Assembly: GCF_006345805.1 (NCBI RefSeq)
Contig: NC_042999.1
Span: forward strand, 51,646,001-51,710,000
Length of the DNA stretch: 64,000 nucleotides
From: Octopus sinensis
Lineage: Eukaryota
Reading direction: 5' to 3'
This document shows, in pieces, positions 13,559-25,096 of the stretch. The notes under the pieces are model-generated. The model was not told where the DNA came from, made no database searches, and saw nothing but the letters and a program-made list of their open reading frames with translations. Both the position numbers and the translations under genes were made by a program. Within the stretch, counting starts at the first letter, position 1, and every line of letters begins with the position of its first letter.

Positions 13559-13685
13559 TTGGGTCATCCCATAAATAATGCAGTTGTTTTCAAATGCATG
13601 AACTAAAAGTCGGAGCAGGACCGGATAAACTACCTGCTATAAAAGCAGGTAGTAATTTTGCGTTGTCTTAATTCTTAGTGCAAGT
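13559..13685 (+). mobile_element. Mariner left-end fragment (TIR plus 5' UTR)
   Basis: TA followed by ttgggtcatcccataaataatgc, identical to the TIR of the mariner transposase fragment at 33454. Confidence 0.75.
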
Positions 13686-15960
13686 CTCTCGTCGTGTGAA
13701 CGTTTTCCCAGTGCTTCCTGTGCCATTTGTTGGATTGTTATATTGTTGCGGTGAGTTGCTGTTGTTTTTGCGATTGTTTTGTTGAAGGACTGTTTACTGC
13801 TTCGTTGAAGCGGCTTGTTTCCAATAATAGACTGCTAAACCGTTTGACAGTTATTTCATCTGCCAAAAGGGATAGAAAAAACATCATCAAACGACTTTCT
13901 CATTTACAAGATAGGCCGGAAGGATTACGAATGAATTAAGTCCGAATTTTTTCATGACGTGGGTCATCTCAATATGGACTACTCTCCAAATATCTACGAG
14001 GGCCTATGTAAAAAACCCCACGAGCCCGAGAGAAAGAAAAAGAAGAAAGCGCATCGAACTACTAACGGGATGTAAAACATGTCAAACATTCATGTCGGTT
14101 GTATAATGTGCGTGGCCTGATGTCAAGCTGGAAGCAAGGTCGCTTCCTTAATGACATCAGGTCGCGTAATTTGGATGTTATTGTTGCTACAGAAACCCGG
14201 TTAAGAGGGCCAAGAGATCTGCTCCCGCTGTTGGATGGCTATGAGAGTTTTTTCTCTCCAGGCTATACTTCTAGCAGAAGCGGGGTGTTGGTCCTGTTAA
14301 AAAGAAACCGGGTTTCTGAGAAAAAATTAATTTTTTCAGATCCAGAAGGTAGGTTGGTCGTCATGGACTTGACGTTCAGCCGTGGTAAAGTTATCAGGCT
14401 GGTTGCAATTTATGCACCCACGCCAACCGGGAAAAGCAAATATTTTCGGAATCTGGAGAGGTTTCTCGGTACATGACATTCTTTTGTTGTGCTAGGAGAT
14501 TATAACACAATTTACGAGGCACGCGTAGATTATGTTGGCTTGTGTACAGATAGAAAAGGTAATACTTGTTTTCTGGAACTGCTAAGCCGCATTGAGCTAG
14601 CAGATCCTTATAGGTTGGAATTTCCGAACGCTCCATTGTGGACATGATCAAATAGCGACGGATCTTTCAGGTCATTCCTAGATAGAGTGCTAATTAGGAA
14701 AGCAAATAGAAATATAGCTAGGTGTCCACAGTTTCACTCGGTCAGCTACACTGATCATAAAATGGTCACCTGTAAGCTTGACATAGATAAGCTATATAAT
14801 AGAGGCTCCGGCTACTGGAAACTTTTACGTCCCTTTTGGTGATTAAGGAGTACAGAGACCGAATAAATTGTTGATTCAGAGGGCATTAACCGGTTCCATT
14901 ATTAATAATAAATGGTGGTATGCCCTCAAGCGAGCCATTAAATTTGAGTCTATTAGATATGACATAGGTTTAGTAGCTATGAAGGAATCAGCAGTTAAGA
15001 ATTTAGGGGAAGCAATGAGAACTGGCTCTGCGTCTCAGGTGAAGGCCAAGAGACTGGCGTTAAACCAGCACCTCGATGACAAAAACATGGGTTGCATTGT
15101 CAGGGCTAGGCTTCGTGCAGTGGAATGTGAGGGAATCAAGGCCGCAGGATGGGCCCGAGTGGTGGAAGCCCAACGTGGTAATGATGTCGCAATCCGATCT
15201 TTGACGAACCAACAAGTTAAATTGAAAGACGAACCCGAGATGTGTGAGGCTTTTCAGGAGCACGTCGCCTAGCTTTTCGGTGAGGGTGGCGGACCGGATA
15301 GTAGGAGGGACCTAACGGACTTCCTCGCCGGGCTGCCCCGCCTATCGGGGCGGGACGCGGAGTGCTGTGAAGAGCCGATCACACCTGAGGAGGTAATTGA
15401 GGCTATGGCAGACAGCGACGCGGGTAAGGTGCCAGGACTGGATGGTCTACCCTATGAGTTATATAAGAGTATGCCAGATTTGTTCGGGCACCTGCTGGCG
15501 AATGTCTACATGAACTAGCAGCAGAACAGATTTATTCCCAGATCTGTCCGCCGGAGAATGGTGACGCTTGTCAGAAAGGATCCGGACAAGGGGGATTCCG
15601 TTGAAAATTTTCAGCCCATCACTCTGCTAAACGCAGAGTTGAAGATTTTTGCCAAAGTCTTATTGAAAAGATTGGCGCGTGTCGTGGATGGTCTGATCGG
15701 GGAGGCACAGACATGTGCTGTTCCCAGCAGAACCATCCAGGGTAATCTCCATTTTATACGGTACACTTTAGAGGGGTTTAATAGTGATTCTGACAAGGGT
15801 GGGGCACTGGTCCATCTATACCAATCTAAGGCATTCGGTAGGGTTGACCATCACTACCTGGTGTCCGTTCTGGCGCAGTTTGGCCTGGGTCTTGGCTTCC
15901 TCAGGTGGATCATTCATATTTATGACAATATCGACTCGGTAGTCCGGGTGAACGGCTTCT
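13686..15960 (+). mobile_element. Tx1/L1-clade LINE: internally deleted ORF1 and 3'-truncated ORF2
   Basis: Putative ORF1 end (..KPHEPERKKKKKAHRTTNGM*) lies just before the ORF2 ATG at 14079. The 5' boundary is an inference. Confidence 0.8.
14079..15960 (+). pseudogene. LINE ORF2: APE endonuclease plus N-terminal half of reverse transcriptase
   Basis: NVRGL, LDVIVATET, EGRLVVMD, VAIYAP, VLGDYN, LDRVL, SYTDH, then PGLDGLPYELY, NFQPITLLNAELKIFAKVLLKRL, QTCAVPSRTIQGNL and QSKAFGRVDH. Multiple stops and frameshifts; ends before the QG..LSP and YADD motifs. Confidence 0.92.
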
Positions 15961-15974
15961 TATCTATATATAAA

Positions 15975-16871
15975 CATTATATAATAAGTAAAAAGACCAC
16001 GTACGTTTCGTGGCTATAACTTCAATTCGAATTACAATTAAATTTAAATTTAATCCCCAAATAATTCAATTGAAAAGTATAGTCACTCCTCAGATAAAAG
16101 ATAATAGCAATGATAGTTAAATAAATACATATTTTTAATAAATAATCTAATAGAATTAAACAGAATTAAACAATATTTCGTAAAGAAATAAAAACATGAT
16201 TCTTCTTATATAAGAATCTCCGTTAACTTAATTTGAAACTTAACAAGTAGGATCAGGTGTCTACAATACATTTATCATGTTAAAAAACCCAAGGTTAAAA
16301 AAATAGATTAAATATATAGAAATATGTATTTTATCTGTGAAGATATATTTTAGCTTTGAGAATAATTTTAACAAACTATAATATATCTTTACTGGAAAAA
16401 TATAAGAGTCCAATTAATTGAAATAAAAATACTTAAAATAAATCTTATACTTAAGTTAATCTAAATTACTATAATTTAATCTATATTTATTAATTAAATA
16501 AATTATATATTAATTTATTAATTAAATAAACATTTAATTTGATCCGATACTATGTACTAAACTCTATAAAAAAATGTGTAGACTTATAATATATCTTATA
16601 TCAACAACGTTGCAGCCACAACCCTGCAATAGTATTTTGTATATATTTCTACAATATATTCACGAATAATTTAAACTTATTATATAAGTAAATTAATTTA
16701 TGTCAAGAACTGATATTTCACGCATTGATAAAATAAACAAAGTACTTATCATTATTATTATTATTATTAAATTCAATAGTATATAAAGAAAAAATATAAA
16801 ACTCTTAATTGTAATTCGAATTGAAGTTATAGCCACGAAACGTAAGTAGTCTTTTTACTTATTATATAATG
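15975..16871. repeat. AT-rich segment bounded by 67-bp inverted repeats (15975-16041 and 16805-16871)
   Basis: cattatataataagtaaaaagac[c/t]ac[g/t]tacgtttcgtggctataacttcaattcgaattacaattaa, 2 mismatches; no clear TSD. Confidence 0.85.
16002..16093 (-). ncRNA. Hammerhead-like motif with a very long stem II (stem I not supported)
   Basis: Minus strand: CUGAGGA, then GUGACUAUA..UUCAAUUGAAUUA / UAAUUCGAAUUGAA..UAUAGCCAC, then GAAAC-GUA. Confidence 0.45.
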
Positions 16872-17076
16872 ATTATTCATTATTATGTACTTTTTGTGAT
16901 CTAGATATGTTTTATAATACATTTTATTTTTTCTATTTGATATGGTCTATGTCTATCATTCTTTGAATTACATAATATATATATTATATTTATATTGTGA
17001 AATTTGATTTAATACTAAATTGAAGTTTTCCCTGTAAGTTTGGAGTTATACTCCCTAATATCATAATTATTATCTA

Positions 17077-17112
<36 letters not shown>

Positions 17113-17140
17113 ATATATATATACATATATGTATACATAC

Positions 17141-17217
<77 letters not shown>

Positions 17218-17219
<2 letters not shown>

Positions 17220-17365
17220 GACGGGCTTCTTTCAGTTTCCGACTACCAAATCCATTCAGAAGGCTTTGGTCGGCCCGAGGCTATTGTAGAAGACACTTGC
17301 CCAAGTTTCCACACAGTGGGACTGAATCCGAAAGCATGTGGTTGGTAAACAAAAATACTTATCAC
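17218..17365 (-). mobile_element. SINE family A head fragment
   Basis: acgacgggcttctttcagtttcc..ctaccaaatcc..ggctttggtcggcccgaggctat.gtagaagacacttgcccaag..cagtgggactgaa. Confidence 0.9.
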
Positions 17366-17369
17366 AACG

Positions 17370-17535
17370 TTTTCTCTCTTTATTCTTTCACGTTCTCTCT
17401 CTTTTTTCCCTTAATCCTTTCTGTGGAAGAGTGTAGGCTCGAAACGTCAAAGACTTTTCTATTTTTCTCGAGCATCAAACTAACACACCTACTTGTCTTC
17501 GTCTTTTGTTTTCTATAAATAAATTCGAACTATAT
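17370..17535 (+). mobile_element. Short PLE-tail-like repeat containing a minimal hammerhead (relatives at 22095-22290 on minus and 39080-39290 on plus)
   Basis: Shared layout: pyrimidine tract, CTG.nGA..GAAACGT, g.gc.t.aaactaa, pyrimidine tract, then a microsatellite. PLE origin is an inference. Confidence 0.6.
17417..17452 (+). ncRNA. Minimal type I hammerhead ribozyme, variant core CUGUGGA
   Basis: Stem I CUUU/AAAG; stem II GAGU-GUAG-GCUC; GAAA; palindromic ACGU stem III; GUC cleavage triplet. Confidence 0.65.
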
Positions 17536-17914
17536 ATATATATATATATATATACGAGCAAAACGTCCCCGTCCAATGGACAGTGTTGAGTTGTCAAACA
17601 TTTAAACCAAATTTTCTTAGAGCAACTTGCCCGACCGTCCTATAGGCCTCCCCTTTGAGAAACATTGATTTAACCTAAATTTGAGACAACAGCAAAAGAC
17701 GGATTTCGGCTGATGTACTTGTGCGTACAAATGCACGTTCCCACGGCTTTATCGATCGCATTCTCACCTGGAATCAATTTTTGTAATTTTTTAAAAGAAT
17801 TAAACACGCCCTGATATCGTCGGTATCTACATATCAATTTAGAGCGCAATCGGTTGGAGGATGCCCGAGATCCTAGAAGACACACAGACAGACAGACAGA
17901 ACGGATGATATACA

Positions 17915-17922
17915 TACATATA

Positions 17923-17957
<35 letters not shown>

Positions 17958-18119
17958 ATCTATATATATATATGTGTGTATATGTATATGTATTCATATA
18001 TGTATATATATATGTATATATATATGTATATATATATATATATATTATGTATATATATATGTATATATATATTGTATATATATATATGTATATATATATA
18101 TTATGTATATATATATATG

Positions 18120-18152
<33 letters not shown>

Positions 18153-18164
18153 GATATATATATG

Positions 18165-18199
<35 letters not shown>

Positions 18200-18264
18200 G
18201 TTATATATATATGTATATATATATATATGTATATATATATATGTATATATATATATATTATATG

Positions 18265-18314
<50 letters not shown>

Positions 18315-18385
18315 TCTATATATATATATAATATATATATATATCTAAATATATATATATATATTGGTTTCATATATATATATAT
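17915..18385. repeat. Long degenerate (TA)n/(TATATG)n microsatellite
   Basis: Directly visible. Confidence 0.95.
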
Positions 18386-18865
18386 AGTGACCCTCTCCTA
18401 AGGTACAACAATACGATATATATCGCTGTCCATTCAGCCATCCATCCATCCTTCCATCCATGTATATAGTTCTCTCGTTCTCTATCCATATATGCGTGAG
18501 TGTGTGTGTGTGTATGTGGGTATGTGTGTATAAATTAAAGAAGTCATTAGACTGTATTCACGTTGGATGACCACCTTCAGGGATTAAGTTTATCTCATGG
18601 ATCTCATTAATCTGCTCAGTCTATTATTGACCTTCTCGATCTATATTTGATAAATCATCGATTTACTCATTTTGAAACAAAATCAGTATTTCTGTACACA
18701 AATACAAACACGCCCCCCCCCACACACACATAACAGGCTTCCGCACAGTTTTCATCTGCTTTGCAGGAGAATGGAGACTGGAACCATGTTGTTGGAAAGT
18801 CAAATTGCTACCATGAAGCTGTCTGTCTTTCTCAGTTTGCCTGTTTGCATGTTTGTTTGTTTGTG

Positions 18866-18944
<79 letters not shown>

Positions 18945-19308
18945 TTGATAAGCACATACATACAATACATACATAGACAAACTCAGAGGCACATAATTCG
19001 TGAGTGCATTTTTGATACACTGTGTCAATAAACATGCAAATATACAAAACACGGCAGACACTACAGGGTAAAAAAGTAGAAACTTGCAACACAGATTCAC
19101 ACCAATTTACAATTCGTCTAACACGTCTGTTTTTTATTATTTATTTATCTATTGATTATTTATATGAGAGGACATAATAGCAGCAATAAACAAGACGTGG
19201 AACATATCAACATATATCTTGACTTTGAAACAGCACGAGCTGACTTTGGTGACAGTTTTTATGGCTACACATCTAACAGAGTTTTCAATACAAACATTAA
19301 TTTCTTCA

Positions 19309-19432
<124 letters not shown>

Positions 19433-19572
19433 TCGTCTACCTACGTACGTACGTACCTAACTACCTACCTACCTACCTACCTACCTACCTACCTACCTAC
19501 CTACCTACCTACCTATCTATCTCTCCATCTATCTTTTTATCTATCTATCTATCCGTCTGTCTTTCTGCCTGC

Positions 19573-19657
<85 letters not shown>

Positions 19658-19755
19658 AATACATACATACATATATATATAAATACATACATACATACAT
19701 ACATACATACATACATACATACATACATTACACATATTCCTATCGTTACTATTAC

Positions 19756-19978
19756 GTAAAAGTGTCGTAAGTCCAAAACATTGCTTTTTCAGAAAACGAA
19801 AAAATAGTTTCACCATTCCACAGCAAAACCATTGTACTACATTTGACTATTTTTCTTATCTTGGCATCTGAAGCAGCCGGAGATACGATAGTTTGACCAA
19901 AAGAGCTGGCTATTGCGAGCAAAAATAAATATTGAGAAAGAACGCATTTGGCGAAATTTGGACATACGACAGTTTAAC
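19756..19978. mobile_element. ~220-bp MITE-like element with 22-bp TIRs
   Basis: Left TIR gtaaaagtgtcgtaagtccaaa (19756-19777); right TIR reverse complement gttaaactgtcgtatgtccaaa (19957-19978). A longer copy lies at 21092-21415. Confidence 0.7.
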
Positions 19979-20095
19979 ATGATAACAGCAATATATACAC
20001 AAATATACATTAGCGTTACCAGCCGATGCACGATGACTGAAGTATAATAAGAGAAATTGTTTCACTTATCAGCTTGCAGCGCCACCGTGCTGTTT

Positions 20096-20143
20096 CTGTG
20101 ACTGAAGAGGAGATAACCACTCCGAAATGCTTGCATCTCTCAG
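20096..20143 (+). ncRNA. Type I hammerhead ribozyme with intact catalytic core
   Basis: Stem I CUGUGA/UCUCAG (5 of 6 pairs); CUGAAGA 20102-20108; stem II GGAG-AUAACCA-CUCC; GAAA 20124-20127; stem III AUGC-UU-GCAU; AUC triplet, with predicted cleavage after C20137. Confidence 0.8.
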
Positions 20144-20281
20144 TCTGGATAGGCGGAGTTGCAACCTCATTGACGTGTATTTACACCATTTGTCTACAGC
20201 GAGAAATCATCTACATGACAAGTGAATGACTTGCTTACGAGTTGGAACGTGCCACTGGCATGTTCGATCTGGTAATAATAT

Positions 20282-20327
<46 letters not shown>

Positions 20328-20594
20328 TCTTCCAAGGTTTCCACATCACACCAGTGATATACAGGGAAGAATGGGCAACCCCATGGTAGAAACAGGTGTA
20401 AGAGTTTAGTATTTGTACACTCATTTATTCTTATTCGTTTATTTATATTTATTCATCTATTTATTTACTTATATATTTGCTTATTTCATTCGTTCATTTG
20501 GATCACGTACACATGATTGTAATCAATTAATAAATAGATATAATTCACTGTTTACAGGCAGATGTTTGTCGATTGTTTATCCTCTCTATTTTCA

Positions 20595-20860
20595 TATTTG
20601 CCCTGTCTGTTCTACTCGAAGATGCTGGCTCCGTAATGGACAGACAACAGAATGAGGAGAGGTAAAAGGCAGGAGAAGAAAGGAGTGTCTTCAACATACT
20701 CGACCCACATCGGCTATCTTGTGTCAATTCTGCCTACGACTCTCTCTCCACCGACTTGGACTCCAAAGTCACATTCGACCCAAACATCTGCCGAGGGGAC
20801 TGGATAGAAACTGACGAACCCAATGCTCGGATACGAGCTGGATCCGACGATACACGCACA
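20595..20860 (+). mobile_element. RTE-clade LINE 3' end (C-terminal C2H2-like finger plus UTR)
   Basis: RRKECLQHTRPTSAILCQFCLRLSLHRLGLQSHIRPKH matches the RTE C..C.R...SR.GL.SH.R..H pattern. Confidence 0.6.
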
Positions 20861-20934
20861 CACATACACACATATACATATATATATGGATTGGTGAAAC
20901 TACTTTTTCGTTTTCTGAAAACATATATATACAT

Positions 20935-20982
<48 letters not shown>

Positions 20983-21009
20983 TTTTTTTTTTTCGTTTTC
21001 TGAAAACAT

Positions 21010-21047
<38 letters not shown>

Positions 21048-21091
21048 TATATACACATACATATATATATACACATACATATAGATATATG

Positions 21092-21415
21092 TTTTCAGAA
21101 AACGAAAAAATAGTTTCACCATTCCATTTCTTTTTACATTAGCAAGTTTCAGCTTAACAATAATACTTTGTTGGATGCGTGTATGATATTTTCAGTCAAA
21201 AATATTTTTGCCAAACTTTCGTATGTGGAGTTTACTACGCTTTTGCAAAATGCTAAACCGTTCTACTACAATTCGACAATTTTCATATCTTGGCACCTGA
21301 AGCAGCTGGAGATACGATAGTCTGACCAAAAGAACCGGCTTTTGCAAGTAAAATTAAATATTGAAAAAGGAAAAACCTGCATTTGGTCAATTTTTGGACA
21401 TACGACAGTTTAACA
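21092..21415 (+). mobile_element. Second, left-truncated copy of the 19756-19978 element with ~130 bp extra internal sequence
   Basis: Shares ttttcagaaaacgaaaaaatagtttcaccattcca and tatcttggca.ctgaagcagc.ggagatacgatagt.tgaccaaaaga..tttggacatacgacagtttaac. Confidence 0.8.
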
Positions 21416-21630
21416 TAATAACAATGATATGTAAATTTAAGATCCAAGGATCCAGGTGTAGGAAGTTAGTAAGCTTTCGTAGAAGGTATAAGAAACAACT
21501 TTCAGGAACATTAATGGTTTATTAGTGTAGAAGGTTGTAAATGTTTTGCCATATCAAAGTTCTATAAGCTGAAAAAAGTTATTTTTATAATACACGGTTA
21601 GCAACTGGGATTGTCACGTATGCGATTAAA

Positions 21631-21938
21631 GATCCATATTCAGGGAATGGAGCAGGTAAAATCTAAACTGCAATGCTTCCTAGCTAGCAGAGTCTCGGAA
21701 GTAATTATTACTCAACGAGGGGTACTCCACTAGCTACTTACCAGGCTGAAGACACCTTAGTTAAGTGAAGGTTGGATCCCTTGATGACATTGTAACCTTA
21801 ATTTAACTAAGGTATCTTCGGCCTGATGAGTAGCTAGTGGAGTACCCCTCACTAAGTAATTTCTACTTCCGAGGTTCTGCTAGCCAGAAAACATATGTAG
21901 CCTGAATTTCACCTGCGCCCATCTCCTCAATTTGGATC
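21631..21938. mobile_element. ~310-bp palindromic (foldback/MITE-like) element
   Basis: Arms of about 140 bp are reverse complementary (e.g. gaggggtactccactagctact / agtagctagtggagtacccctc), with a loop of about 30 bp. Confidence 0.85.
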
Positions 21939-22056
21939 AAAACGTGTGTATACTTATACATATGTATAAATACATGAATACTTAGATATGCATATGCGTA
22001 TATACATGAATACACACACACACCACACACACACACACACACCACACACACAACAC

Positions 22057-22091
<35 letters not shown>

Positions 22092-22170
22092 ACGGTGTAA
22101 AAGCAATACATATTAAAAGATATGATACAAACAGAGATAGAATTAGTTTAACGAGCCAGTGAAGGAAGTG

Positions 22171-22205
22171 TCTTAACGCTTCGGAAATAAGACTTCATCA
22201 GAAGA
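22171..22205 (-). ncRNA. Degenerate minimal type I hammerhead
   Basis: Minus strand: UCUU-CUGAUGA-AGUCUUAUUUCC-GAAGCGUU-AAGA. Stem I is intact; stem II and GAAA are mutated. Confidence 0.5.
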
Positions 22206-22929
22206 AAGACAGAAGCATAGTGGGAGGAGAGAGCGAGAGAGAGACGAAGAAAGGCAGGAGAGGAAAAAGAGAGAAATAGTCTATTGATAGTACAATAAGG
22301 ACGGCAGAAGATAAACGCGAAGGTTTAGAATCCTGGTAAAAAGCTGTTCAAATGGAGAGTTAAAAGAAAATGGGCGCACAAACGCTTGCATCTGAGTGTA
22401 ATTGTAGATGGAAGCGGACATACGAACGAAGTTGAGGCAATGTTTGATGCAGAAAATAGGGAGGGCAGAACGAAAACGGAGGAAGATACAGGAGAAAATC
22501 AAATCAATATAAGAATAAAGAAAATGATGATAAAAAATAGAGGGACGTAGTGGGACAAATAAAAATACAAAAGAAACAAAAGCAAGGAAATAAAGAAACA
22601 ATTGGTGGTGGTGGTGGTGGTGGTGGGGGACAGATGAGGAGGGGGATTTGTAGGAATGTGGTGGGGGTTAGTGTTGCGCAAAAAAGCATAGTAATTCCGG
22701 GTGTAACGCATTGTAGAACTGCAGAGTTTAAAGTCACCATGACCGACCAGGCTATCAGATATTGCTACACATCGCTGGTCACAATGCGCTTCGCATTGTT
22801 TTTTAGCCTTCAAATGACGCCACCCCGCTGGCTAAGAGAGCAGGCCAACAGAAGAAAGAGTGAGAGAAATTTGTGGCGAAAGAGTACAACAGGGATCGCC
22901 ACCACCCCCTTCCGGAGCCTCGTGGAGCT

Positions 22930-23025
22930 CTAGGTGTTTTTGCTCAATAAACACTCACAACGCCCAGTCTGGGAATCGAAACTGCGATCCTACGACCGCG
23001 AGTCCGCTGCCCTGCGCCTCCACAG
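22930..23025 (-). mobile_element. SINE family D head fragment
   Basis: gtgtttttgctcaa..cacaacgccc..gtctgggaatcgaaactgcgatcctacgaccgcgagtcc, with a tRNA-like B box on the minus strand. Confidence 0.6.
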
Positions 23026-23111
23026 AGTTTAAAGTACTTTCTCTATTCTCACCTTATTATTCCTTTCACTCTATTTTCTCAGTATTTTGTTCACTACATG
23101 ATTTTTCCTTA

Positions 23112-23156
<45 letters not shown>

Positions 23157-23309
23157 TATTGTTGTTGTTGTTATTAAATTCTTTCTTTATATGTTTTTAT
23201 TTGAACCTTTTGTAACTTGTTTATAAATGCCATTCTCTCCTTTACGGTGTCAGTGATCCCCTCTCACACCGTATTTCACAACTACCAATTAACAACAAAA
23301 ACAATAACA

Positions 23310-23353
<44 letters not shown>

Positions 23354-24037
23354 CACCACCACCACTACTACTACTATACTACTACTACTACTACTACTGC
23401 CTTATACCTACTTATCAACTCCTCGTATTTATCTCTTTCTTTTTCTTTGACAGAACCTTCCCTTATCGAGTCTTGTATGTTCTCTTCTCCCCTTGTCCCC
23501 ATTAAAGTCCTCCTAGTCTATCCCAAGCTCTCTATCGTATTCATCTTCCTCCTTCTTCTCCCCACCACAACATTCCCCCGTCTCTCTATCTCCACTTTCA
23601 ACCTTCACTTTCACTTGTCCCTTTCTCTCCTACTCCCTACCTTAATTCTCCACTTCTCACTTATTAACCGCTTTTCCTTCACTCCTTATTCTCTCATCGC
23701 AATCAATATGGATTGACTCAATTCACACACCTGAAACGTTTTTTAATGAAGCTTAGAAAATGCTCACCTTGCTGGAAAGTGACATAGAATAGCAACCAGA
23801 ATATTAAAAGTATTTCAACCAATAAACGCGTGACATCATCAGCTGACAGGTGCACAAAGGCATATGCCTGTTTAGTTACATTTGCAACACCAAAGCAACA
23901 GGCTATGGATCGGAAGTCAGTTTCGAAAACAACAAATGAAATTTTGCGAAAAGGTATGGCCAAAGGACAATTCAAAAGATGTGCTGAGCATATCATCCAT
24001 TATAGAGATTAACAAAGAAGATATCTACAGCTTTATT

Positions 24038-24788
24038 TACATTATTTACATTTGACAGATATTTGCCCTCATCTTGTTTGTTGCTATCCAGTCTTCATCA
24101 GGTGTCTTGGGGAAATTTTAAACCTGGGTTCTCATTCCTAAGGTATTTTTCTATGTTGTTGTTGTTGTTGTTGTTATTATTATTATTATCATTATTATTA
24201 TTATTATTATTATTATCATCATTATTATTATTGTTATTATTATTATGCCCTGATGCAGTACCAGGCTCTCTTGACTTCTAGTCTTAACTGATTGGAAGTG
24301 TTATCATGTACATTGTTTTGTCTTGGTATAAAAGATGGGCTACAGTAAATATTCTGCTCAATACCACAGATTTGCTTGTCAGTTGTTGGACCATAACCAG
24401 TTGAGCATGTCCCTTAGTGGCTGACGATATGTGCATCTCTGATCACGGGCAGAAGTAGTGGGGGAGTATCATAGCAATGTGTTAAGAGGGATTCTTTGGG
24501 GTTTGAATAATTTGCCTCTGGAAACATGGGTGTTTCGTTCAACTTCCTTAAACAACCCTTATTCAGGGACCTTCTGAGCGGGATGGGTTACTAGACCAGA
24601 AGAAAATTCTAACTGGGCCTCACCTGCAAGGTCATGTGCTGTTTATCTTGATATGAGATCACCATGTTGTACACATATGGTTATGACGCATGTGCCTAGT
24701 GTACGCTTATCAGACAGGTAGTCATGATGGGTATGCTGGGCTTCGTATATTTTATCTTAGTGTCACTTTGATGGCATGCACTGCTCTC

Positions 24789-24834
<46 letters not shown>

Positions 24835-24950
24835 CATCATTATTATCATCATCATCATCATCATCATCATCATTATCATTATTATTATTATTATTGCCTG
24901 GAATCGAACTCGGAATCTTGGGGTTAATAGCCCGCGCTCTTAACCACTAC
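24038..24950 (-). mobile_element. tRNA-headed, hammerhead-tailed SINE-like element, left (inverted) copy with nested insertion
   Basis: Head 24896-24950 (gtagtggttaagagcgcgggct..ccgagttcgattccaggc), a (TAA)n tract, and tail 24038-24155 reverse-complementary to 25115-25272; the HHR has a ~25-bp deletion. Confidence 0.8.
24247..24790. mobile_element. ~540-bp nested insertion of unknown class inside the (TTA)n tract
   Basis: GC-richer block absent from the inverted sister copy, flanked on both sides by (TTA)n. Confidence 0.6.
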
Positions 24951-24955
24951 TAATT

Positions 24956-25044
24956 GCGGGCTACGAACCCCAAGAGTCCGAGTTCGATTACAGGCAGTGA
25001 CCTGAATAAGAATGATAATGATGATGATGATAATGATGATGATG

Positions 25045-25096
<52 letters not shown>

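Noticed and set aside
16040-16800. Mitochondrial insertion (NUMT or control region)
   Set aside because: Very AT-rich, but I recognised no mitochondrial tRNA, rRNA or protein motif.
21818-21870. Hammerhead at cctgatgagtagc
   Set aside because: No GAAA or stem II follows; the motif is part of a palindrome arm.
24896-24950. Functional tRNA gene
   Set aside because: It lacks a complete acceptor stem and cloverleaf and is fused to a repeat body; it is a SINE head.
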